Source of the DNA: a virus
Taxonomy: Duplodnaviria > Caudoviricetes
Virus record (IMG/VR): IMGVR_UViG_3300010998_000005
Coordinates: 1-64,000 of that record
Length of the DNA: 64,000 bases
Direction: 5' to 3' (one strand)
Shown: positions 19,654-28,050 of the stretch, piece after piece
Numbering within the stretch: the stretch's first letter is position 1
Layout of the letters: every line of letters starts with the position of its first letter
Made by a program: the position numbers and the translations under genes
The notes under the pieces: generated by a model
The model's database searches: none
Told to the model about the DNA's origin: nothing
The model's input: the letters and a program-made list of their open reading frames with translations, nothing else

Positions 19654-20040
19654 ATGGAATTAACAGGAACAGTAGTAGCCGTATTAGGGGAACAGAAGTT
19701 CAACGGCAAGAACGGAGAAATAAGGAAGCATGGCTTTGTCATTGAAACAAGTGGCGAATACCCCAAAAAGGTTGCCTTTGATGTCTTGGATAGTGGCGAC
19801 AAGGACAAGTGGGGAAAGATGCAAGAACACGTTGTGGATGGCAATAATGTGTCCGTTTCTTTTGAAGTTTCTTCAAGGGAATATCAAGGCAGGTGGTTTA
19901 CACAAGCCAATGCCTTTAGGGTAATGCCTTTGTCGGGTGCAGGTGCAAGCGCACAAGCAACACAAAACCAAGCGTCTAATGCCGAACCAATACCAGCGAG
20001 TGCGCCAGTGGTACAAAATGAAGGCGTAGTGCCATTTTAG
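19654..20040 (+). CDS. DUF3127-family OB-fold, probable ssDNA-binding protein
   Basis: MELTGTVVAVL...GEYPKKVAFDV...VSVSFEVSSREYQGRWFT; flexible tail ending PF. Confidence 0.8.
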   Translation: MELTGTVVAVLGEQKFNGKNGEIRKHGFVIETSGEYPKKVAFDVLDSGDKDKWGKMQEHVVDGNNVSVSFEVSSREYQGRWFTQANAFRVMPLSGAGASAQATQNQASNAEPIPASAPVVQNEGVVPF

Positions 20041-20078
20041 GCAAAGCAGATAGTTCACACGAAAACAAAAAGAATTTT

Positions 20079-20459
20079 ATGGGTAGGAATGATGCGTTGC
20101 AAGCGTTGTGTAGGGAATACCTATGCAGGCTTGAAAGCGTGGCACGGAAATACGGTTTGTTGCCACAACTTAACACCTTGATTGTATCAAGCAATAATAA
20201 CACTTGTGTTGCGACCTTGGAAGATGTAGAAATGCTTTCAAGGGCGTGTAACGATGAACGTGTGTCGGCTTGTGGATTGACTAAGTTATTAGGCTTGTCA
20301 TATCGCTATTGCCGTGAACACAACGTGTTCGACAAAATTAAAAGGCTACACAACAACGGCACTTATAGCAAGGTAGATGCGATGTTGTATGAAGTGGAGC
20401 AACCCAAGCCTGCGACCAAGAAGAAAAGGATTAGGCATAAGAAATGGACTATTGTATAA
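20079..20459 (+). CDS. Hypothetical protein (possible HTH)
   Basis: 126-aa ORF in operon. Confidence 0.55.
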   Translation: MGRNDALQALCREYLCRLESVARKYGLLPQLNTLIVSSNNNTCVATLEDVEMLSRACNDERVSACGLTKLLGLSYRYCREHNVFDKIKRLHNNGTYSKVDAMLYEVEQPKPATKKKRIRHKKWTIV

Positions 20460-20477
20460 CGAAAACGAAAGAAAAGT

Positions 20478-20882
20478 ATGAATAAGAAACCGAAATTCTA
20501 CATTAAGAACGCAAAGGGCAGATACGAGGAATACAAAGAACCCGTACAAGACTACGACAACAAGTTATACCGTAAAGTGGGTAACAGATATGAGCCTTGC
20601 GATATGCTTGTAACGCAAAGTTTAAGCGAGGGTGTGTGGGTAGTGACCAAGCATAAAAGCAGTAAGTCCTATGCAAGCGGAAAATATCTTTTGGAAAACT
20701 TCATGTGCCTAAAGGCGAGTGACATTCAAGAAGTATCGTTGGCAAAGTTAGGCGGTATGGAGAAGTTAGCACACTATCTATCGCAACATTGGGATGAGTT
20801 ACCTACAAACGCAAGCCAATACGAGCGATGTCAAGCGATAGTAGGGTTGTTGTTCAAGTACGAAAATCACAACGAAAGTTAA
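20478..20882 (+). CDS. Hypothetical protein
   Basis: 134-aa ORF in operon. Confidence 0.55.
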   Translation: MNKKPKFYIKNAKGRYEEYKEPVQDYDNKLYRKVGNRYEPCDMLVTQSLSEGVWVVTKHKSSKSYASGKYLLENFMCLKASDIQEVSLAKLGGMEKLAHYLSQHWDELPTNASQYERCQAIVGLLFKYENHNES

Positions 20883-20885
20883 AAT

Positions 20886-20917
20886 TTTGGTGTATTCAAA
20901 TTCTTTTCGTAACTTTG
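20886..20917 (+). promoter_or_regulatory. Promoter of the methyltransferase operon
   Basis: TTTG-N20-TAACTTTG. Confidence 0.7.
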
Positions 20918-21037
20918 CACAAGAATTAGTTGAAAGTGGTGTGCGAGACCGCTAATGACAATACTTATAGCCCCTTTCGTGTAGGTGATACTCGCACTAT
21001 CCCTACCGATTGGGGCGTTTTATTTGGAAAATGTAAA

Positions 21038-21880
21038 ATGGAATATACGAAAGATAACCCACTTAAAGTAATAACCCTTTGCAGTGGTTATGATAGTCAG
21101 TGCCTCGCCCTGAATAGATTAAAAGGGTGTTATCCCGATTTCGACTATGAATTAGTTGCTTGGTCTGAGTTTGACCCCGAAAGCAAAGCATCGCTGGAGA
21201 AGCAGCCTGCGGTTATAGCACATAATGCCTTATTCCCACAATGGAAAGACCGCAATCTTGGCGATATGACTAAAATAGAGTGGAATAAACTAAATCTGCA
21301 ATGCGACTTATTGTTTTATAGTACTCCATGCCAGAGTATTTCCGCGGCAGGACTGCAACACGGATTTGTTGAGAGTAGCGGTACACGTTCAAGCATTATC
21401 TGGAACGTGCGTGATGCAGTAATAGCACTAAAACCAAAATTCCTATGCCTTGAAAATGTTAAAGCAATGGTGTCAGGCAAGTTCGTGGGAATGTTTAATC
21501 TGTGGCAGAGAGAGTTGGAAAAACTCGGCTATGCTAACTTTGCACAAGTCCTTAATTCTAAAGACTACGGCGTACCACAAAACAGAGAGCGTATATTCCT
21601 CGTTTCAATAAGGATTGACAATGAGAATGATTACCCTAAGTATTATTTCCCACAGCCTTTCCGTTTGGAAAAGAAACTCAAAGATGTGTTAGAGGACAAT
21701 GTGGACGAGAAGTATTACCTGAGTGATGAAAGGGTGCAGGGTTTAATGGCAAGTACGGAGAAAGAGCAGGAGCGTGGAAATGGCTTTGCGTGGAATCCGA
21801 CAGATGGCAGCGGTGTTGCTTGCACCATTCAGACGACACAGAACAGGAAAACGGATAATTACTTGTTTGATGAACAATAA
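21038..21880 (+). CDS. DNA cytosine-C5 methyltransferase, N-terminal catalytic half (motifs I-VIII plus first TRD-like unit)
   Basis: TLCSGYD (I), YSTPCQSIS (IV), LENV (VI), YGVPQNRERIF (VIII); stops at NYLFDEQ without motifs IX-X. Confidence 0.92.
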   Translation: MEYTKDNPLKVITLCSGYDSQCLALNRLKGCYPDFDYELVAWSEFDPESKASLEKQPAVIAHNALFPQWKDRNLGDMTKIEWNKLNLQCDLLFYSTPCQSISAAGLQHGFVESSGTRSSIIWNVRDAVIALKPKFLCLENVKAMVSGKFVGMFNLWQRELEKLGYANFAQVLNSKDYGVPQNRERIFLVSIRIDNENDYPKYYFPQPFRLEKKLKDVLEDNVDEKYYLSDERVQGLMASTEKEQERGNGFAWNPTDGSGVACTIQTTQNRKTDNYLFDEQ

Positions 21881-22065
21881 AATTACCCCCCCAGAGGTGG
21901 ATATGCGAACAGCGGATACCGACACCGCAGACAAAGGATGGTTGTTGTCCTGCGTTGACAGCGACATACGATTATGCGAGTTTTGCGAATATGTTTAGCG
22001 TGGGTCATTATCCAAGGATGGGTGTAATAGAGATAGGTCATTATGAAGAAGTTTATACCGATTAA
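21870..22065 (+). CDS. TRD-like cassette 1, interrupted at a C7 tract (21886-21892)
   Basis: With C6 it reads MNNKITPQRWICEQRIPTPQTKDGCCPALTATYDYASFANMFSVGHYPRMGVIEIGHYEEVYTD. Confidence 0.7.
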
Positions 22066-22228
22066 CACGGACGCTGATGGTAATGCAAAGACTATTTTGG
22101 CTTGTTGTTATAAATTTGGTTTTTCAGCCTTGTTGAATTGGGAAGGTTCAACAATGACTTGCGTAGGTGTGGTACAAGATGAAGAAACTGACCGAAGGAA
22201 TCCGAATGAAGAAGATACTTGTTTATGA
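22043..22228 (+). CDS. TRD-like cassette 2 (intact)
   Basis: MKKFIPINTDADGNAKTILACCYKFGFSALLNWEGSTMTCVGVVQDEE... Confidence 0.75.
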   Translation: MKKFIPINTDADGNAKTILACCYKFGFSALLNWEGSTMTCVGVVQDEETDRRNPNEEDTCL

Positions 22229-22414
22229 TGATTATAATTCTGTTCTACCCCCCCCAATAAGCAGGGGGTTATAGGAACGATAACGCCACAATTCGGCAAC
22301 TCTACATTAAGAAATGGCTGGAAAATAATAGAAGTATATGAAGAAGAAAGCGACAGGCGGTGTGCGCCTTGCGAAGATGATACACAAGGTAAACAAGCCT
22401 TATTTGTGGATTGA
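22179..22414 (+). CDS. TRD-like cassette 3, interrupted at a C8 tract (22248-22255)
   Basis: With C9 it reads ...ILVYDDYNSVLPPPNKQGVIGTITPQFGNSTLRNGWKIIEVYEEE... Confidence 0.7.
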
Positions 22415-22508
22415 CACTTACAACCAATGTGTAAGTGACATTGCCGGAACGATAAAAGCGAGAATAAATAGTAATAATATGTATTATGTAAGTGTACCAA
22501 ATGGCTAA
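22338..22508 (+). CDS. TRD-like cassette 4 (intact, 56 aa)
   Basis: MKKKATGGVRLAKMIHKVNKPYLWIDTYNQCVSDIAGTIKARINSNNMYYVSVPNG. Confidence 0.75.
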   Translation: MKKKATGGVRLAKMIHKVNKPYLWIDTYNQCVSDIAGTIKARINSNNMYYVSVPNG

Positions 22509-22689
22509 ACAAGCATACGGACTCGGACGCTCTCGCAGTAGCAGTGGGAAAGGTGATATTGTAAATTGGCATCTTAATCCTTACGTCAACTGCATCCACA
22601 CTCTTGTAGGTGGAGGGTGGAAAACGATGGAAGTCTTAATTGTAGAAGTTTATGATGATACTGACTTGTGCGATAAGAGGAAGGAGTGA
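22501..22689 (+). CDS. TRD-like cassette 5 (intact)
   Basis: MAKQAYGLGRSRSSSGKGDIVNWHLNPYVNCIHTLVGGGWKTMEVLIVEVYDD... Confidence 0.75.
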   Translation: MAKQAYGLGRSRSSSGKGDIVNWHLNPYVNCIHTLVGGGWKTMEVLIVEVYDDTDLCDKRKE

Positions 22690-22822
22690 TGGCGAGTGGC
22701 ATTCGTCCGACCATAGCCAGAGGTTAGAAGTCGGCGGTGACATAGCTAATTCGATAACGTCTGTAAGCAAGAACAGTTTAATACTGATAGTTAATGAAGA
22801 TAGTAAAAGCGATAGGTCGTGA
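22652..22822 (+). CDS. TRD-like cassette 6 (intact, 56 aa)
   Basis: MMILTCAIRGRSDGEWHSSDHSQRLEVGGDIANSITSVSKNSLILIVNEDSKSDRS. Confidence 0.75.
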   Translation: MMILTCAIRGRSDGEWHSSDHSQRLEVGGDIANSITSVSKNSLILIVNEDSKSDRS

Positions 22823-22976
22823 AAGGACGGAAGAGGAAAAGAGACGTAGGCATTTGTATGGTGACAAAGGGGCAAGGTTCTCTAAAGGTAAGCAGTTATG
22901 CCTACTTGGTGATATAATAGGAGCGATAACGACTTTATGCACAAAAGACAACTTGATATGCGAGATAGAATTATAA
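22794..22976 (+). CDS. TRD-like cassette 7 (intact)
   Basis: MKIVKAIGRERTEEEKRRRHLYGDKG...GDIIGAITTLCTKDNLICEIEL. Confidence 0.75.
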   Translation: MKIVKAIGRERTEEEKRRRHLYGDKGARFSKGKQLCLLGDIIGAITTLCTKDNLICEIEL

Positions 22977-23138
22977 AATTAGGGTACTATATAAAGCCCA
23001 ACCGAAAGAATCCGAGCAAGGGTGTGGTGTATAGCATTGAAGGCATTGCACCTTGTATGTGCGATTTTTCTGGGGGGGGGTAATTTAGTGCCGACAATAG
23101 TAGTAAAAGATGAACGGGAAAGTAAAGAAACTGTTTAA
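22958..23138 (+). CDS. TRD-like cassette 8, interrupted at a G9 tract (23072-23080)
   Basis: With G8 it reads MRDRIIKLGYYIKPNRKNPSKGVVYSIEGIAPCMCDFSGGGNLVPTIVVKDERESKETV; with G9 a TAA follows immediately. Confidence 0.72.
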
Positions 23139-23252
23139 CATCTACGGCTTTGATGGCGGCAACTTCGCAGGGAATGTGTACGACCCTGAATATATCAGTC
23201 CTGCCCTCAGCACAATGGGGGGGGTAATCAGCAACCTTTAATAATTACAGAT
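23110..23252 (+). CDS. TRD-like cassette 9, interrupted at a G8 tract (23217-23224)
   Basis: With G9 it reads MNGKVKKLFNIYGFDGGNFAGNVYDPEYISPALSTMGGGNQQPLIITD and fuses in frame to the C-terminal half. Confidence 0.75.
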
Positions 23253-23525
23253 ATGGAACAGAAACAAAAAATCACCTTGCCTAAAGAATTAGAGGGCAAG
23301 AAGTTTAGAATCAGAAAACTTACTCCGAGAGAATGCGGACGTTTGCAAGATGTGGATGATAAAGACATTGACATCATCGAGAACGCAGGTTTGAGTAATT
23401 CAGCAATGTATAAATTGTACGGGAATAGTATAACTTTATCGGTCTTATTTTTCATTTTTGAAGAATTATTTATACCTTTGCACCCGAAAAGGGGCAAAGA
23501 GCCTATTCAATTATTATTATTTTGA
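23253..23525 (+). CDS. DNA cytosine-C5 methyltransferase, C-terminal half (motifs IX-X)
   Basis: IRKLTPRECGRLQDV (IX), MYKLYGNSI (X); ends IQLLLF. Confidence 0.9.
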   Translation: MEQKQKITLPKELEGKKFRIRKLTPRECGRLQDVDDKDIDIIENAGLSNSAMYKLYGNSITLSVLFFIFEELFIPLHPKRGKEPIQLLLF

Positions 23526-23526
23526 T

Positions 23527-24822
23527 ATGAGAAAGGAAAAAGTAATTCAGATGGATTTAGATGGAAACTACATTTCCGTCTTTGAAAGTGCAGTTGCTGC
23601 TTCTAAAGCATTAGGAGTTGGTTGTGGTAACATAAGTTTATGTTGTCGTGGACTTGCGGACAGAGTAAAAAATTATCGTTTTAGGTATGTTGATGATGTA
23701 CTAAACGAAAAAGCCGTGAAAATTCGACAAGTACGACACAACAAAGCGTCAGATAACCACAAGAAGGCATGGATTCCGAAAAGGAGAAAGGTTTATCAAT
23801 TCTCTTTAGATGCAGTATTGATTGCTTGCTATAAAAACGCAGATATAGCATCAAGTAAAAACGGAATCCCAAAGCATCTAATATTCCAATGCTGTAATGG
23901 GACAATCATCCAAAGCGGAGGGTATATATGGAGTTATAATAACAAAGTAGAATCTGTATTGAAGAACGATATTCCAACTGAACAAGGAGAAGAGTGGCGT
24001 GATGTAGTCGGGTACGAAGGTCTTTATATGGTAAGTTCTTTTGGTCGAGTTTGGAGTTTAAGGAGGAGAACAGAAAAAGTCGGGAATTTGATAGGTGGAT
24101 TTATGCTTACAAACCATATAGACAATAGGGGGAGAACGTCCAACACGCTAACAACAAAAAATGGGGAAAAAGTTAATGCAGTAACCGCTCGTCTTGTTGT
24201 AATGTCTTTTATTCCTAATCCAGACAACCTTCCTCAAGTAAACCATAAGGATGAAAATCCATTAAACAACCATGTGGATAATCTTGAATGGTGTACGGCT
24301 AAATATAATTGCAACTATGGAACAAGGATTGAAAGGATTAAAGAGAAGCAAAACATACCAATACTCCAATACACACTGAATGGTGAATTTGTTGCAGAAT
24401 ACGCTTCAATGCACATTGCCGCGGATGCTATAAATGCAGATGCAGGACACATTTGTGATTGTTGCTTGGGAAATAGGTCTTATGCCTATGGTTTCTTTTG
24501 GCGTTACAAAGATGATGAAATGTATAATTCTGCCAAAGTAAGGCTGCAAGATAAAATTTCCGCAAGTAAAAAATCGAGAGCAGACAAGTTTACGGCGAGA
24601 GCATTAAATGTAGTACAACTTGATATGAACGGTAAATATATACAGACACATCAGTCAAGTAGGCTTGCAGCGGAAAGAGTTGGAAGTTTCCGACCAATGA
24701 TTATAAATTGTTGCAATGGGAAAATATCAAATGTTAAAGGCTACAAGTTTATGTACGAGCGAGATTTCCGCAAGATGTTCATAGAAACGGAAAACGAAAG
24801 CCAACAACTAAGTTTATTCTGA
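23527..24822 (+). CDS. Free-standing HNH homing endonuclease with NUMOD4 and repeated NUMOD1-like domains
   Basis: EEWRDVVGYEGLYMVSSFGRV (NUMOD4); VNHKDENPLNNHVDNLEWCT (HNH); repeated V.Q..LDG..I..F/Y.S...A modules; ends QQLSLF. Confidence 0.9.
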   Translation: MRKEKVIQMDLDGNYISVFESAVAASKALGVGCGNISLCCRGLADRVKNYRFRYVDDVLNEKAVKIRQVRHNKASDNHKKAWIPKRRKVYQFSLDAVLIACYKNADIASSKNGIPKHLIFQCCNGTIIQSGGYIWSYNNKVESVLKNDIPTEQGEEWRDVVGYEGLYMVSSFGRVWSLRRRTEKVGNLIGGFMLTNHIDNRGRTSNTLTTKNGEKVNAVTARLVVMSFIPNPDNLPQVNHKDENPLNNHVDNLEWCTAKYNCNYGTRIERIKEKQNIPILQYTLNGEFVAEYASMHIAADAINADAGHICDCCLGNRSYAYGFFWRYKDDEMYNSAKVRLQDKISASKKSRADKFTARALNVVQLDMNGKYIQTHQSSRLAAERVGSFRPMIINCCNGKISNVKGYKFMYERDFRKMFIETENESQQLSLF

Positions 24823-24827
24823 TATAA

Positions 24828-25637
24828 ATGGGAGAAAGTATGATTGAACTTGACCATATCTATTGTGAAGATTGTTTAATCGGCATGAAGCGGATTCCTG
24901 ACGGGAGCGTGGATGCGGTGATTTGCGATTTGCCGTATGGGACAACCGCCTGCGCCTGGGACTCCGTGATACCCTTCGACAAGTTGTGGGAGCAGTACCG
25001 ACGTATCTGCAAAACAAATGCTCCGATAGTGCTGTTTGGCATAGAGCCATTTACGGCGGCTCTCATTATGTCGAATGTAAAGGAGTTTAGGGAGAAATTA
25101 ACATGGGAAAAACATAAACCGAGTAATATTGGCAATGCAAAGTACATGCACCTAAAATATTCGGAAGACATTGTAGTATTCTCCCGTGGAAAATGCACTT
25201 TTAATCCTCAAATGCAACCAAGAATAAGCGACAGAGTAAGAGAGGCGCAAAAAGGGAACAGTAAGCAATGGCGTAGTAATCGCAAGGAAACTGGCGAAGT
25301 GTCTTTTGCAACGCAATATGAGCCGCGAGATTGGAACTCATTTGATGCTGATAAGAAATACCCAGGAAATGTATTTTATTTCCCAGCCGTTGTTTCTAAT
25401 TCCCACGAGAAATGCGACCACCCCACCCAGAAGCCCGTTGACCTGCTGCGCTATCTCGTGCTGACCTACACCAACGAGGGCGACACGGTGCTCGACAACT
25501 GCATGGGCAGCGGCACGACGGCCATCGCCTGTATCAAGGAAAAGCGGCACTTTTTAGGATTCGAGCTGAATGAAGATTATTACAAGAAAGCAATCAAGAG
25601 AATAGAAGTTGAAAAATCTCAATTAACGCTATTTTGA
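24828..25637 (+). CDS. DNA amino-methyltransferase (N6-A/N4-C, beta class)
   Basis: DAVICDLPYG (IV), HPTQKP, VLDNCMGSGTT (I); ends QLTLF. Confidence 0.92.
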   Translation: MGESMIELDHIYCEDCLIGMKRIPDGSVDAVICDLPYGTTACAWDSVIPFDKLWEQYRRICKTNAPIVLFGIEPFTAALIMSNVKEFREKLTWEKHKPSNIGNAKYMHLKYSEDIVVFSRGKCTFNPQMQPRISDRVREAQKGNSKQWRSNRKETGEVSFATQYEPRDWNSFDADKKYPGNVFYFPAVVSNSHEKCDHPTQKPVDLLRYLVLTYTNEGDTVLDNCMGSGTTAIACIKEKRHFLGFELNEDYYKKAIKRIEVEKSQLTLF

Positions 25638-25638
25638 C

Positions 25639-26202
25639 ATGAAAGAAGAATGGAAAGAAATAGATGGTCATAGTGGGTACATGGTATCTAACTATGGAAA
25701 CATAAAAAGCCTGTCATTTAACAAGACTGGTGTAGAGAAAAAACTTACACCATGCGTTGATAAGAAAGGCTACCTTTTTGTGTGTCTTCACGGTAAACAA
25801 TTAAGGGTACATAGACTTGTGGCATTAGCATTTATACCAAAAGTTAATGGAAAAGAACTAATCAACCACATCAATGAGGATAAACAGAATAATGCCGTAT
25901 GGAATTTAGAGTGGTGTACCGCATCTTATAATCTTAATTACAATGGTAATAGAGAAAGGATTTCCAAGAAGCACAAAAAGAAAGTGTATGCTTATAAAGA
26001 TAAAGAGTTATTTCAATCTTTCGACAGTATAACAGAAGCCGCTAAAGCGTTCGGTGTTTCTATCAATAATATATCTTCGTGTTTACACGGAAGAAAGAAA
26101 CAAGCATGTGGGTGTGAATGGTCATTCGAGTTGAACAAGGAATACTACGACAAAGCCATGAAGCGCATCGACAACGAACGCCGACAACTGACATTATTTT
26201 AA
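25639..26202 (+). CDS. Free-standing NUMOD4-HNH endonuclease
   Basis: EEWKEIDGHSGYMVSNYGNIKS; RVHRLVALAFI; INHINEDKQNNAVWNLEWCT; ends QLTLF. Confidence 0.9.
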   Translation: MKEEWKEIDGHSGYMVSNYGNIKSLSFNKTGVEKKLTPCVDKKGYLFVCLHGKQLRVHRLVALAFIPKVNGKELINHINEDKQNNAVWNLEWCTASYNLNYNGNRERISKKHKKKVYAYKDKELFQSFDSITEAAKAFGVSINNISSCLHGRKKQACGCEWSFELNKEYYDKAMKRIDNERRQLTLF

Positions 26203-26444
26203 TTATCACCCCGAACCCCGAAAGCATAACAATAAAACTATGTAACATTCAAAAGGAGATACAACTATGACACAATACATCAACAAAGCCGCTGTAGTGG
26301 CGGAGAGTTCAACAGTTGCGACTTTATGACGTTCTCTCCGCGAAAAGGTTTTGTATGTAGCAAATATTTTGATGACTGAGTATGCGTATGATGCCGAATT
26401 TGGCACTTTTCGTGGCTTCTGGCAGCTTCGAATCGCAAAATGGT

Positions 26445-26520
26445 GTAGTTATCATGTCGGTTGGAGAAATGCGCTCAGAGCGGCTTAAATGCGTTTTTGG
26501 TTTTTTAAGTTAATAAATTC
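26445..26520 (-). repeat. Dispersed intergenic element, copy 4
   Basis: Plus strand GTAGTTATC-N-AAATGCGCTCAGAGCGGCTTAAATGCGTTTTTGGTTTTTTAAGTTAATAAATTC. Confidence 0.7.
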
Positions 26521-26532
26521 AAAGAATAAGAT

Positions 26533-28050
26533 ATGGAAGAAAAGAAGACACACATCTACAATCTGCAACTGACAGAAAAGCAGGCAACGCTGTTGTCCTA
26601 CGCTTGCGACAGACTTTCACGAATCATCTGCGGGCAAGACTGGACTTATCAAGAGTTCATGGAAGAAGCGTGGGAGAAACGCTGCAAGGAAGCCACTGGC
26701 AACATGATGGATGATAAGTGGGATGGCGGTTGGCACAATATGCGGCATGAAGCGGAAGAAATCAGCAAGAACATCAAGAAGAGGTTTTGGGGTTTGGAAC
26801 GTAATGCCATGTACGGCATCCACTATGACGATGCGGCGGACATTCTATTTGACTTGCACCAATGTATCAGACACCAACTTTGGCTCGATAGACCCGAAAG
26901 CGAGAAATCGACTATCACGGTGGATGCTTCCGAGGCAATGCGTGTTGGAAATGAGCCGTTGGCAATTATTGAACGGATAAAATATAAAGAACTATGACAA
27001 GAGAACAATTCGAGACGTTAAAGGTTGGCGACAAAGTACGCCATGCTTTCGGTGGTATCGGTGTTGTCACGGAGAAAGAGGAAAACGGCTATACGGTGAA
27101 AGATAAAGGCTTTGACCAAGGTGATGGAATGTGTGAGGTTTCATTTGCATGGAATGAAGGTGAGATATGGTTGCCAACAGGGGTAATGGAATCTCCTTCT
27201 AAAACATTTCCAAGAGTTAATGAAGAACGGATAAAAGACAAGGCGGAATAGTTATGTTACAGGCGAGAACGAAAGAACAGAATGAGCACATCGAAGGTAT
27301 CGTAAAAAAATATGTCGACGTGAATACGCAAAACAGCAAATTTGTTTCTGCGGATGTTTATAAAAACTTTGAAGAACTTGTTGAAATCAATTTAAGATGC
27401 GAAGATTGTGATGAATTATTATCCATTGATATTCGTTTCGACATGATGGCTGAAATTGTCGATTACTTGCGAAAAGAGAATGAACAAATAGAAACTCCAA
27501 CTCGATGTGAAGTTTCTTTTTCTGACGGTATATTGAGTTATGGCTTGCTGCATACACCACATGAGGAGGTGATGAATTTCTGTAAGAAACTTGCATGGGT
27601 GAAAGGTAATGACTTTGACTATTATTACAAGCAGTACGTTAAAACAAGAAAGATAACGATACGAATGAGGGAGAAGTAATATGAACAGAAGACAGAAAAA
27701 TAAATACCTAAAGCGTAATGTGCCATGTGCACACGAATATCGGTATATGGCATATTACGGTGATATAGCGACACGTTGCCTTTGCAAAACGAGCAAAGAA
27801 GACAATGACTGCTGTAATACGCTGAAACATGAAAATAAAAATAGTTCCAAGATGGGAGCAATTTATGGCTCCAGAAGGGTATGAAACAAAACTATACGAT
27901 GTGTATCATGGCTTCACCCACTTTCTGTTCTTTACCAAGTGGAAGTTAGATAAGGCAGGTCTTGACGAACAAGAAATGAAAGAGTATCTGCAACCATTTA
28001 TGTTTGGTCATTCACCCTTATTGGTATCTAAAATTACGATAAACTTATGA
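26533..28050 (+). other. Five hypothetical genes (26533-26997, 26994-27251, 27254-27679, 27681-27884, 27829-28050)
   Basis: Overlapping or abutting ORFs on the coding strand. Confidence 0.6.

Noticed and set aside
20930-21037. N-terminal extension of the C5 MTase given by the ORF track
   Set aside because: It starts a few bases after the predicted promoter and covers a hairpin leader; ATG 21038 before motif I is more plausible.
21883-22875. Minus-strand ORFs overlapping the cassette array (21883-22068, 22108-22599, 22636-22875)
   Set aside because: Antisense shadows; the plus-strand frames carry the recognisable repeated unit.
23527-26202. Group I introns carrying the HNH genes
   Set aside because: Each HNH ORF starts 1 nt after the MTase stop and runs into the captured tail, leaving no room for a ribozyme core.
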